A stretch of 57,079 nt of DNA, filler included, from Sphacelaria rigidula (taxonomy: Eukaryota): NCBI GenBank assembly GCA_964200075.2. It is 6 parts of 6 records of this genome, joined end to end, with 100 filler letters (N's around TTAATTAATTAA, not from the genome) between each part and the next. Parts side by side here need not be neighbours in the genome. Positions count along the whole stretch, not along the records: positions 1 to 9,431 come from CAXNAA020008519.1; positions 9,532 to 18,961 come from CAXNAA020008520.1; 4 more parts are not named here. One strand, 5' to 3'. The position numbers and the translations under genes were made by a program. Below the pieces are notes generated by a model. The model was not told the origin of the DNA. It was given only the letters and a program-made list of their open reading frames with translations, and made no database searches. This document shows positions 1-12,067 of the stretch, piece by piece (the first letter of the stretch is position 1; each line of letters opens with the position of its first letter).

Positions 1-239
1 AAAACCATTTATCAACGCATTGGAATAAGTGTCAACAGTCGCTAGTCACCAGTCACCAGCCGCTGTGCCGTAAGCCGTAAGTTCGACAGATGTTGCACGG
101 GTACGGAAGTCTGAAATTCAACCTTGCCGTCACCTGCAATGGGTGTTTTCGAGCGTATCCATCACTCACATGGTGTGAAACACATGACAACAACGCCTAT
201 TTCACCGACCTTTCAATGATTCGGAGGCGTTGTCCCTTG

Positions 240-380
240 CTTATCAGGTTAAACTGGTTTTCCGGTTAACCGGTTAAACCGGCCGAAGAAAACCCGGTTA
301 AACCGGTTTTTCGATTTGAAAATAACGCCTCCTTATCCGGTTACCGGTTTTCTAAATTTGCTGTCCGGTGCCCACCTCTA
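240..380. mobile_element. End of a hAT-like DNA transposon/MITE
   Basis: Terminus GTGCCCACCTCTA at 368-380 (reverse complement TAGAGGTGGGCAC) fits the hAT (T/C)A(A/G)NG end consensus. It is preceded by a dense cluster of AACCGG/CCGGTT subterminal motifs in both orientations. The other end is not in the contig. Confidence 0.6.
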
Positions 381-640
381 GTATGGAGGTGGCACAGAAA
401 ACCGTACCCGCACCCGGGTATCTTGTCAAGAGCATACCCGTGCCCCCCGGTGACGGTACGGGAGGCTTACAGATTTCACAGAACTATCGGGTACGGGTAT
501 GAAGGTCTTACAGAGATTACAGAACTGTCGGGTACCGGTATGGAAATCTTACAGAGTTTATAGAACTGTCGGGTATGTTTAATACCGGGCAAAGTACCCC
601 GGGTATACAGAAAACCGCAGCCTACAGAACACGGCCTTGG
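381..640 (+). repeat. Truncated copy of the ACAGAACTGTCGGGTA-repeat MITE-like element
   Basis: Collinear and highly similar to 1588-1847. Built of degenerate ~36-bp units (acagaactgtcgggtacgggtatg...). Confidence 0.75.
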
Positions 641-1237
641 TATTATCATCACCCCTGTGGTGGGACCTACGTCACTACAACAGTGGCAAAATACAGATGA
701 CAGCTCACGAAAACTTTGAACGGCATTCACGGGGTTGATAGAGGAAGACCATACGAACAATCGCAGTAGTACATAGATCGTCAACATCTATCGGTTTCAC
801 GTGCACTCTCAGAGAGTACATGAAGGAGCATTCAAGGCTGCCCGTTCTCTGAAAGCCCTTCGGCACGCGACAAAATCGCCGACGGCCTTGACGACTTTGG
901 CAGCTCATATACTCTGTGCTGTACATGTCGATAACGGCCTGGGGTTTGATTACTACGGCACAGCCACCATCAAGGTCGATGACGTGCGTCTTGCTACTTG
1001 ACCCCCTGGTGGCGCAGATGAACCACCCCCGCTCGAACCACCACTCGCGAGTCTGGGGATGATCCATCCTGACGGTCTGCAGGGCTGATCATACTTCGTG
1101 TTTCCCCTCAACGGTACCTCGTATCCCGTCAGATCCCGAACTCAAGAACTTTTCAACATTGAATTGTTTTTGGTGTGCATTCTTGAATATGGGAGTTGGG
1201 TTGGTTCATCGCGATGGGAGGTACATATTCAGGTCAT

Positions 1238-1847
1238 GAGGTTGTGTTTGGACTGAGCCTATATCCGTCCTCCCTCAGGTATATACCTGTGTTCAGACCT
1301 GCAATCGGGTGTATCTCTAACGGTATACCCGAACCCCGTGTAGGGGTATGGGAGGCTCATAGAGCTCACAGAATTATCGGGTATCGGTACTGAGTGAAGG
1401 TCTTACAGAAATTACAGAACTTGTTGGGTACGGTGTGGGGGGCTTACAGAAAACCGGTACCGGCAATCGTGTATTATTCAAGAGCATACCCGCGCTCCGG
1501 GTACGAGTAAAGATTATGTACAGAACTCACAGAACTGTCGGGTAAGGGTGTGGGAGGCTCACAGAACTCGTAGAACTGTCGAGTAGGGTATGGAGGTTGT
1601 ACAGAAAACCGTACCTGTGATCAGTTATGTTACCAAGAGCGTGCCCGTGCCCCCCGGTAGCGGTACGGGAGGCTCACAGAAATTACAGAACTATCGGGTA
1701 AGGGTATGAAAGTCTTACAGAGATTACAGAATTGTCGGGTACCGGTATGGAAATCTTACAGAGTTTATAGAACTGTCGGGTGCAGTAAATACCGGGCAAA
1801 ATACTCCGGGTTTACAGAAAACCGTACCCTACAGAACAAAACCTCGG
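1238..1847 (+). mobile_element. MITE-like element with internal degenerate tandem repeats
   Basis: Short TIR: GAGGTTGTGTT (1238) versus AACAAAACCTC (1835-1845), 10/11 match. The interior is rich in acagaac...cgggta units, and a second copy lies at 381-640. Confidence 0.6.
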
Positions 1848-1864
1848 AAAGGTTGAAAAGTGAA

Positions 1865-2790
1865 CAGTAAGGCTTGCGAGGGGCTGGGAGCTCCGGAGAT
1901 CACTGAAGTGTCATGTCGGGACGGACCGCACAATATATATATCTTGTCCAGGAGGCGAAGAATTCACCCACTGAACCAGTGAGCATTCCCTGGGTAATGG
2001 TAAACTGTTCGCTTCCTGGACATGGTGTGAATCTGACAACGATTGGCGTTGGTCGTTCTTCGGATAGTGGCTCTGGTGTGGGTAGTGCGTCAGCTGATGA
2101 AGCGAAAATAGTCTGGGCCTCAGCTCCCGTGACGTCTGGACAGTGGGCTGATACCAGCGACGGTGAACGCACAGAAGAGCAGTCTGAGAAACACCTGCCG
2201 AGTGGCCAAACCGGGATGGCAGCGTGTCTACATCCTTCGTCACAGTATCCCCGCCTGATGTGATTTCGAGCGGTGACGGTGATCAGCAGTCGGTACAAAA
2301 CGACAATAATAGCGAAGCTGATGGTACAGAGGGTACCAATTTCAGCGAGGTGGGCGATGGGTCACCCGTGGGGGAGCTGCCCGTGCCTGGCCGCACACAA
2401 GGCGGTGTTGGAAGACGATGAGCTGGAAAGCAACCAGTAGCGAGGCGGGGTATAGTACCCCGGTGCACCTGACCCGCGTGCGCTGGGTCGCACGCGACAA
2501 CGAACCCGCGAACAACAGCGGGGAGTCATGGCACAGCTGACGGACCTGATCGGGGATATGAACATCGCGAGCTCATCAACGGTTTTCATAGCCCAATCGA
2601 GGGAATATGGTTAATCGAAGAATCGTGCGTCATCAGGTTGGCAGAGGTGGATCAAGTGAAACCGTATTGACGGTTTGTGGACGACTTGTGCCATGAAGCA
2701 TTGGGGGGAGTATGCCAAGATGAAAACAAAATGCTACTCAAGTTTGATAGCAGCTGTACCACATGATGCGCCCATGCGGCACACAGAAGG
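1865..2790 (+). mobile_element. Highly decayed Copia-like fragment (post-integrase/linker region)
   Basis: 1865-2000 is homologous to the reverse complement of 33060-33195. It is followed by an S/G/D-rich linker-like reading and a RTRQRTR motif. No intact domain is present. Confidence 0.3.
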
Positions 2791-3485
2791 CGTCCTCTTG
2801 CCTGACTGCTCATTCTTCATGTATTTCTTCGTGAATTTCACCATCTAATGATAGTCTGTGGTGAGTGACGCGTGTCATTCATTTGCTTCCTTCGCGAAGT
2901 GTACGTTGAGTACTGGCGGACTGTTTGCACGGGTCGAGAATTGGTGCGTACCTAGTCGCCGAATGATTTGTTTTTCACGGGAGTGTGAGGAAGCAAGTAC
3001 TGTCGAGACTGCTTAATACAGATTAAAAACCGAGATGTGCGATGAAACGTACGGTGCGCCGTGCGGAGATCACCATTCAGTACGTGCGGACAGATTTCTT
3101 ATATCACGTGTAAACCAGGCAACGACCGGTGCAGGTGCAGTTCTGACTGTGAATTGCCCGGGAACTCCGAGCTCCCGTATCTGTACAGCCGAATCTGGAC
3201 CCCTGGGTAACAGGGGATACTCCCGGTGAACTACCGTTATGCCCCCTGGGGATTACTTACTTACATCTGCCCCTGACCTAGTTATTCAACAGCCTGAACC
3301 TCGACTACGCTCGACCCTTGTCCACATGACACGAGGAAAATCATCGGCCCGACGATTGCTACCGTCCACCGGAAGTTTCGCGACCTCCACATTGGCGAAC
3401 CAGTTTCAGACACGTGTGCGAGGCACTCAGGATATTTTTTTGTCGGGATACAGATACGGCGACACCTGCAAACATCATGGCGAGA

Positions 3486-3487
<2 letters not shown>

Positions 3488-3520
<33 letters not shown>
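3488..3520 (+). repeat. (CAG)11 microsatellite
   Basis: Read directly from the sequence. Confidence 0.95.
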
Positions 3521-3524
<4 letters not shown>

Positions 3525-6384
3525 GACGACGACAACAAAAACGGCGGACCAGCCGACACATCCTCTACGCCGTCACCTACCCAGCCCACGTTTGCTCAAG
3601 TAGCAAGGGCGACGGCTCCGGCCGGGTCTTCTCTGAAGTCCCGGCCCGAAAAACGCTCGGGGGCCACTCCTTTCCCGTAGAACAAATCCAAGCACAAGAA
3701 AAAAGGCCGCGAGCACACTAGGGGGCAAGACATTCCCAAACGTAAATCCGCCAGGGGGTAACGCAACCCCAAGCAGGGGCAATCCGCGGGTGGCGACAGC
3801 GGAAGTCGCTTCAGCGTCCTCCGCGACAAGGACGAAAGCAGCGTCGGCGTCGCAGACGTCGGTATAGACAACGTGGGAGGAGGCTCATCACCCACGGCCG
3901 TTACCTTCGCTGGATCTAACCAACGAAACCCAAAGGAGGCGAGTCTGCACGTCGCACCGAAGGCCGTCGAACAACACGCCGGAAACGGGACAGAACATCG
4001 CGCATGGGCTCTACGCGCCTTGGGGATGATGGAGTCATCCAAAGACGTTGTCCAACGTATACACCAGGTGAACCCCGTTGCGGTACATGAGCAGGATTTT
4101 TTAAAAGTTTAAGGTAGTACAAGGTGGTCGGTACCTTGGCGTAATGATGATCGTGCAGGAAACGACACGACACCGTCAAGATCTCGTAGTATACCTACAC
4201 CAACCACTCCACCTCGTTTTTTCCGGGAGAACAACGATAATGTAGCCTTTCAATCCCGTGCACTAAACCATTTTCCCGCACCATACACTCAACCTTCGCC
4301 GATTACCGCCCACATTCACTCAAGCAACGTAGGATGCATTTCTTCTACGGTCCAACAAGTGACAAATAACCCTCAGGCCTCGATCACCTCACACGCCGGT
4401 CGAAAATATTTCACAAAGATCAGAAAATCAGACCCCCACACACGAAAATCACCCTCGGTCACCTAATACTGACAGTACAGTACACACGCGCCGCGTTTCA
4501 CGCTCAAGAAAAACGATATTTTCCTAAAATGGTTTCAAGAGGACTGGCATCTGAAGATATCCTCATCAACATGCGAGAATATCGGTCACGAGTTTAAGCT
4601 CAAAACCCCCGAAGTAAGCTAAACTTTAAGCGCGTATACGGAACTAAAGCCTCAGCTTTTCTGTTTTTCACTCTGCCCGTCGCGCGCAAATAATATTTGA
4701 ATGGTCTTGAAGTCATCTGAGAGCATGAATGCCGTGGACGTATGAGATACGAGCTGATCACGACCAACTCGATTCGACCGTATGTTTTCGAGTCGGAAAC
4801 CAATGATGAGACACGGCTTCAGCAGCTGAATACAACGGTATGGAACAGTCAGCAACATGCCATCGATCATCACTGGACACAGTCTACTTTCAAGTCAGGG
4901 CAGGCATCTACCTCACCTTGTCCCAACTGTACTTTTTTTCATGTCTGTACCGCAACTCTTGATAATAAAATCCAGTGCTACAGCTGAACACGATGCCTAC
5001 TTAATTTCCAAGTGAAGATGATGCCGATACCACGAGTGAAGAACAGTCGAGACACACGACACCTCCTCCTGAGTACGTTGTACGTGACCTCGCACAACTC
5101 TGTTCAGGCGTCAAAGACGATCCGAAAACGATGCCGATTCAGTTTTGGAATGATGCCGACCGAGATTCAAATTATTAGTAGACCCCGTGCTTGTATTCAG
5201 CGCCTCATGATTCAAACACCTCATGTGGTAGAGTAGCAGTAGCAGCGGCAGCAACAGTACAGACAGTAAAGAAGGAAGCACGCTGTCGAGACGATGTGAC
5301 ATGCGTGCAAGATCACCACACGCTCGAGGTGCGCCAGCCGTGCCCCCAAAGTTCGGCGGAGAACGATGGTATTCTGCCGTCTCATTTCGTTCCACTTCAA
5401 CTGAATACGATGCCGACTCCATTTTTGAGTGAAGATGATGCTGGTTTCACAAATGAACATGGCCTATATGCGGTCACCAGAGATGACGCCTCCGACGGTC
5501 AAAGGGGCCACCGAGACGTCGAGAGAGGAAATGCATCAGACAGAACGCATCTTAACGTCATAACGCCACGGAAAACATAGCGCGGGAAGCAAACGTACTC
5601 CGAACCCGAGCGGAAACAGAACGCACCCCAATGTCCAGCGAAATGAGAGCGAACTGTCTGCCGAGAGGTATCCGCGAAAAATGTGTACTCCAAAATCAAG
5701 TACAGGGGAAATGGTGGACTGTCAGGGCTCGACGGCGGAATCACACCAGTCTGAGGTGAGATGCGATATAAAATATAACTGCTGCATGGTTTATGTGATA
5801 CCTTGTAAAGCTCATGTTTTCCGCTGAACGAGGGCGCATGGGGGGAGACGGGATCTGTGCTCATATTTTTGGGATTTTCTGATCAGCTCATGCGGAGTAG
5901 GGTGGGACTTTGTCATTTGATTTCATCGTTTTGAGCAGTGAATGTTCGATCATTGCTTGAAAGTTTGATACAATTGTCAAAGCTGGGAGGGACAAGTGTA
6001 TCCATCGTTCAACCAGACCAAGTATACAGTGCGGAGAGGTGCGAATTTGAAGAGCAAGGAGAGACCAACCGGAAACAGGACTTGAAACTTGCGGCTGGTG
6101 TCAGTTTTCACATATCTATGAATAACAGCCGACCATCCGTTTCATTGAGGATGAAAACCCGGAGAATCAAAATCTTCGCATCCACAGCAGTTCTTCAAGA
6201 TATGGTGCCATTCCTCCATCTGCTGGTAGCTATCGATAACTGCTACGCGCTGTACAAATTTGAACCCCGATTACCGAAACTCGGGCGTCCTAATTGAAAA
6301 GAAAATATTGGGTACTTACGTGATCCGACCGGGCTCGAACCCTCCACTCGAAGGTCCATCTCCGACGAGAACATTCAATGTGAG

Positions 6385-6575
6385 AGCTAAGCTTTGAACT
6401 GAAGTCGAAGACTAACTAGAAAGTCCAGCTTCACGTTGAAGATCGCGCGCTCAAGTTGAGGGTCGGGGATTCAACTTGAGGGTGTCGACTCTCAACTTCA
6501 ACCTCCGACCTTCTACTTAAACTTCAGTCGAACTCGTTGAAGCGCCGACGCTCAACTGGAAGACTCAATAGGGAC
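6385..6575. repeat. Repeat rich in TCAACT/AGTTGA motifs in both orientations (possible DNA transposon subterminal region)
   Basis: Multiple ctcaagttgag, ttcaacttgag and ctcaacttcaa motifs. Confidence 0.4.
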
Positions 6576-6743
6576 TCCTTACTTACAATAACGGGATGTG
6601 GGACTCCACACTGTATAGTTGTTGAGCGGTCCGTGACAAACCCTACACTGAAATATGCGCACCACCGAAAGAGGAACTCCATAACGGTTCATCCACGATC
6701 ACACCGTGTCACAAAGCCTACGCATACCCAACTGCAGTCTCAC

Positions 6744-7321
6744 CTCCTCCTCGCCTCCTGCCTGCAGTTCCACATTGTTCGCTACCTTTCCCGCCAAAAG
6801 ATCACTGTAGTCGATGATTCCGAGGTACGACAGTATCTGCGGCACTCGGTGATCCGCGGACGTGCTCATGTCTTCCAAGTCTTCGAACGCGTATGGGCTG
6901 CCCGATCCAGGAGGTGGGCACCCGTATGCTGCCCACAACTCGGCCACTACGGTTTGCCCGCGACTGTAGAAGTAGCACTGCCTGCCCCTGTGCACCGCAT
7001 GGTCGCGGAAATTCGGAAGGAAGCAGGTCAAGAACCCCACCAGTCGAGCGGCGGAGTGCTGTGCACGAGCGACGAGAAGGGCAGCATGACCTCCACACTG
7101 CGCCCGCAATACATGGCCCAACTCTCGGATATTCTTCGCTCGCTCCGCAACGTTTGGGATCTCAGAGCCCAAGAACCAGCCGCGGATAGTGTCCTCTGTC
7201 GTGTCCACCAAGCGATCGGCGGAGACGGCTGAGGGATCGCGCTGTACCAACGTCCTCAGGCGTAAAGCAAGATGCTCGCGCCGGAGACTCTGATTGGGCC
7301 ACAAGCAGAAGTCCAGGCAGT
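6744..7321 (-). pseudogene. QNG1: Exon or fragment of queuosine 5'-phosphate N-glycosylase/hydrolase (DUF2419/C9orf64 family), with eroded motifs
   Basis: Translation DCLDFCLWP..EHLA..ER...RELG.VL...LV..A..SA.RLV......FRD......FYSRGQTVVAELW...F.DL..MSTSADHRVPQIL.YLGII.YS..L...V......G.EEE follows the family order (LNFCFW, FRD, FYKRAQI.VADLW, LTMFADYRVPQ, GS.EEVEIR). Putative boundaries are CAG|AC at 7321 and GAG|gtgaga at 6744. No flanking exons were found. Confidence 0.8.
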
Positions 7322-8729
7322 CTGTGCTCGCCTCCGCCGTAGGTTTTCATTGTTGCCAGCGTGAAGGTTTCGTGTTGGCGGAAGGGATGGGGGTAAAACG
7401 CAGCGAGGCGCGAAGGCGGGCAGGGCAGGGACATTTTCGGTGGTGCTCTTTTGTTGCACAGATGGAACATTTGGTGATAATTTCTCCCCAACGCTTCGTG
7501 TCTACCAATCGTATCACCGACTACTGCACCGGCAGTTCGGACCACTTCAAATAAGCTGGTCCGCGCTATTTTTCCAACCTCCTTCACGGGGTGATACATG
7601 CCATATTGGTCAAACATGCACACGACATGGCCAGTCGCGTCAAAACTCTGACACCCTGAGGATAATTCAACCGCAAATGTATCCGCTACCCCTCGTAAGA
7701 ACATGTTTTTTTTTCACTCCACTTATCCCCCCTCCTGTCACGTCCTCCATGAGGTTTTGTTCTCACCAAGCACAAAGATGCACTGGCATGTCAACGTCCC
7801 GCCAGCAGCAGCGTCTTCAGAGTAATGACAGCCAGAACTGTTCCATCCAATACCTACCGTAGATGGAGATGTCAGTAAAAACAATGGGAGGGGCTCCTGT
7901 CAAAAACCCCTCTGGTCAGGATTAGCGTTAACCTTCAAGAATTCTGCATATTCGACACTACTCATCGGGCCTTCGGCCAGATCCGCAAGTTCGAAATAGT
8001 GTGTGGCTAGGCAACTCGTGGCATCAGATTCTCGCGCAGCATAATACCCATTTCGATCGGTATCATCCCGACTAGGACCTGGCTCTGGATGAAGCACCCA
8101 GGGTACTGTAACAAACCGACAGTAGCAAGCACGGTATGGCATCCTTTTGGGGGCTCGGCACGCACAAAGAAAAACCCAGCGGTTTCAAGAGCCCACACCT
8201 GTCATGCAACTACAATTGAAAAGTCAGACAGACCCGGGTATTGTTAGTTGTGGATGCTTCCCTATGCTTGATTCACGCATGACAACGGAGCACTCGTGTT
8301 CTCTCTGGCATAAGCTGACGATCCGATAGAGAAACAGGCCTTTTGCAATGACAACAGGGAGCGTCGGTTTCGTCCCACGCGATTCTGCCAGGCTTTACTG
8401 TAATATACGGTAAATGAATAAATAAGTGAAGAGTAGTATAGCCACGTGTCGATGGCGAGGAGGATTGAACGCCGTATGGAGCCGAGATGGAGTGGTCGGT
8501 CACGTGTGCACGGAAGGGGTATGCCCCTGCGGGAGGTATTGCACTGGTGTGACGGGAGAGTGCGTAAGGGCAGGTGTTATGTATCCGCACATTGGCTTGG
8601 GTTAGTATGGAGTCTGGTGCGACTGCGCTCAGTGCAATCTCCAGATGGGAGTCAACGGTAGGATACGTGAGCAGTCACACTGTTTTTAACGGGTGATCCA
8701 TGAGGCTTTCCGTAGCCCCTCCGTCTTCC

Positions 8730-9360
8730 CCCCGCGCGCTTGGTCCAGCTAAAACCCGGCATGCTCCGTCCTGGCTTTGTAGGGACGAATCCCCTATGGG
8801 GTTGGCGTCGGTTGCCGATTACACTGTAAAACACGCCACTCACTACGTGAGCTAGGTAACCATGTTACCGTATTTTTCCGCGCTCTCACTTTGTTTGCGG
8901 TAACCATCATGATGGTCGAGCTAGATCATTTTGCGCGGAGTGAGAGAACCTCAATTCCGCGCAAAGGGAATGATCATACTGCGTAGTGTTAAGATGGTGA
9001 GACACCCATGAGGCAGTGTGTAAGCCCTGGCTGTCTCTGGAAGCGGCAATACTAGAAATGAAGCAACTCATTGGAGGCTGAGATCCAAATGCAAGATATT
9101 CAGTACGTTTCGGGCTGGACAATCTCGAGAGGTGCGACTCGCCGAACACATGACGGCGCTTCGCGCTTGGTGATTGGTTGCGAGCCTGGCCCAGCGAAAG
9201 CCTGGCGTGCTTCGTTCCCGGCTTTGTAGGGATGTGATATCGATGGTCTTATGACTACGGCATGTGAGATCATGAGTACACCCTTCCCCGCGCTTGCTCC
9301 GTCTCGAAAGGGATGCGTGGTCGATGACCAAATGACTAAGGCATGCAACGAGTGAGTACG
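8730..9360 (+). mobile_element. Copy of the multi-copy modular non-coding repeat (poly(C)-junction family)
   Basis: Homologous to 21240-21790, 32325-32852, 33750-34420(-), 36757-37175(-) and 37903-38021(-). Ends ..GAGTAC followed by a poly(C) run. Confidence 0.85.
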
Positions 9361-9403
<43 letters not shown>

Positions 9404-9431
9404 CGGCCCCCCGCGCCGCCCCGCGCAGCGT

Positions 9432-9531
9432 NNNNNNNNNNNNNNNNNNNNNNNNNNNNNNNNNNNNNNNNNNNNTTAATTAATTAANNNNNNNNNNNNN
9501 NNNNNNNNNNNNNNNNNNNNNNNNNNNNNNN
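9432..9531. other. Artificial contig linker (N44-TTAATTAATTAA-N44)
   Basis: Identical 100-nt spacer also at 18962-19061, 28492-28591, 38022-38121 and 47551-47650. The core gives stops in all six frames. Confidence 0.98.
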
Positions 9532-9991
9532 GTTAGCCTGTACGCCAATAATACAAGAGCATCTACGCCATCCATGGACTGCTATTTCAGAGGATTCTGT
9601 GGTCTTCACACAATGTAAGCCTGACCTTCATGCAGCACATGTTGTGCTGCAGCCTGCGTGGTTCATGGCATTCCACCTGACCACTGGTGCGGTGGTTGAC
9701 TCGCACTTGACAATATCGAACTCGATGGTTTCGATACTAGAGACTGTGTTCGGGTCTGCTAGCCCTGGTGCCCACTGAACTGGCATCTACCATTCCCAGC
9801 TAGAGTATCGAACCATGACATAGACCTGGGGTGGAGTCGCAGAGATGAGGTCGAAATAGGGTTCCTCGACACAATGGACTGACTCCGCCGGAGATGTGGC
9901 GTTTGGCGCGACAGGCTCTGTGACGCACGTCTCGAGTGGGACGTGTATTAGGGGAGCAGCAGCGATTCCTAGAACATCGCGGGGTTCCAAG

Positions 9992-11779
9992 TTAGCATGA
10001 TCCGTGAGAGGGAGGAGTTGTTGTCCCGCCGATACGGGGTAACATTTCGGCTAAATAATAGCCCGCAAGTGCTGACATGCCATTTCGGCGAACAACTAGT
10101 GCAACTTCTAGAAGTTGGGAGTTGTCGGAGAGTGTCATCCCGACGGTACTGTTGTATCGTAGGTGGTAAGCAGCTCCGGTTGCTCGAGGATTCTCCTGGT
10201 ACGCCAGGGCGCCGTGGAGAGTACCAAAGTGCTCGAGGTTGAATTCTCCACGAGGCGTGGAATGTGGCGCTAGTGGTGGAAGCGTGCGGTTGGTGCGTTT
10301 ATGAAACCTCATATAGCTATCTCTGCCCAATAGTATGGCGTGATGCATTGTGCTGTCGGGGACAATGTATGCCCAGACTGCGAGGTTGACAGATCGAGTG
10401 GTGTTGTGAAAGAGTTGTACACTGAGACGTACGGATTTACGTGTCGTCAGTGGTGCGGCAGAATCAACGAAACCGCCCCACACGCGAGGTTTGGTCGTGT
10501 ATTCACAAGCCGCAGTAGCAGCACCAGTCTGTTTCATGTGTTTCCATCTTGATTCCCGAATAAATGGTTGCGGGCTGCCGCTGTCCAACAAGGATACGCA
10601 TCTCGTAGGTGTGATAGCGTTTGGACCGGAATGGATCGCAACGCGTGTAGTGAAAGTGGCCGGATCTACAAACACTTTACCGCCGACAAGATCCGGACCG
10701 TGTTTCGGCAAGTTAAATTGGTCAGGAGCAGCGGGGCTGACAGCAAAAACACACAGCGGGTGATCCGCCGGCGGGTCAGATGTCTCACCAGAGAAGGGGG
10801 TGGGCGGTATATTATTTTCAGGTGTGGCACGGGCAGGGTGACCATTGGCGATGTCGTAAATTATCGTCTTTGGTTGACAGGGATCACCATCCGAGGGGGA
10901 TCCAGAGTGTGCGGGGCTGGGGTCGTCAATTGTAGAAGTAGTGCCGTCAGAATTATTTGAATATATTTCTTCTGGGATACTTGATAGAGTCGTCGAACTC
11001 AAAGTCATCGCATTTTGGAGAGATTGAGGTCGAGGATTTCCGCTCGAAAGAGGTGAACGTGATGATGCGCGCGCGTCCTTGGGGGCGTGCTTACGGGGCT
11101 TTCTCTTTCGCCGTGACAAAGGTCGGGGAACTTCGAAGACATTTTGGGATGAAACCACAACTGCGTCCAGTTGCGTGGATGGGGTCAGCATCGGGGCATG
11201 ACGGAGCGAAACTTGTGGGCTGCTTCCCGTAGGCAAGCTTGGCTGGTGGGTCATAGCCGAAGATATGTTGGTGCGGTTGTTATTCGAACCAGCCGAAGGT
11301 AGGTCCGTGCGTGTTGAAAATCGCGGGGAAGGAGCTCGATCCAACTGATTGGGAATTACATGATCCGATGTGGTCAAGTTCAAATCAGGAACACTTGGGT
11401 CAGCTGAAAAAGGCTTGCTTCTACCTGCGCGTGCGGTCGCTGAGGGAAGCCTTTGCCTCAGGGATTGGCGGTTGGTCTTCTCACACCTCAGACTTATACT
11501 CGGCACTGAAGGACCAAGTTCAAAGCCGGGTGTAGATCTGAGTCGCGGGGTGACACAACTGTTACACGGTGTGTGGAGGGGTGAAGACGGGGGTCGATAT
11601 GAACGGCCGTCAGATGTACTCCTGCATAGTGCCGGGGGAGCCGGGTGAACAATCTTAGTCGCGGGCTCTGCGGGCTGTGTTGAAAAGTGTGTGGAGGTTG
11701 GAGACGGGGGTCGATTTGAAGGGCCGTCAGTTGCGCTCCTGGATAGTGCCGGGGGAGTCGAGTAAGCAACTTTAGACAC
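9992..11779 (-). pseudogene. Pro/Ser-rich linker plus retropepsin (Gypsy aspartic protease)
   Basis: VSLLDSGSPQPFI catalytic motif (~10570-10595) and downstream ILLGRD motif (~10320-10340). Confidence 0.8.
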
Positions 11780-11800
11780 GGACTCCGCGGGCTGTGTTGA
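11560..11800 (-). repeat. ~117-bp in-frame tandem duplication in the Gypsy linker
   Basis: PPALSRSATDGPSNRPPSPTSTH versus PPALCRSTSDGRSYRPPSSPLHT. Confidence 0.8.
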
Positions 11801-12067
11801 GGAAGTCTTCGCTCGTGCTGTCAGCGGCGTGGAAGATCGAAGAACGCCGGCGTCGGCACGTCATGGATCTAGGCGATCCGTAGTAAAGGTACCAGGGTTT
11901 CGGGTGTTGGGATTCGAGCTTTGTGTCGGTCCCGTCCGCGGGTGTTTATCAGTGGAACGTTTGTTGTCGCGAGAATTTTGATCGTTCTGGCGAGGGCTTG
12001 CGTGATTGTTATGTTGTCGGCGACCGCGGTTAGAGCTTTTGTTGCCTCGTTGGTACGAATTATTACG

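Noticed and set aside
3239..3721. PolyQ protein ORF
   Set aside because: A by-product of the (CAG)11 microsatellite, with no domain similarity.
4652..4873. MIDGMLLT as a Copia YVDD motif
   Set aside because: Too degenerate, and no flanking RT motifs.
6325..6345. B-box-like sequences (also ~33235-33252) as tRNA genes
   Set aside because: No cloverleaf can be built, so at most SINE remnants.
9476..9487. TTAATTAATTAA as a biological motif
   Set aside because: It is the core of an artificial N-flanked linker repeated five times.
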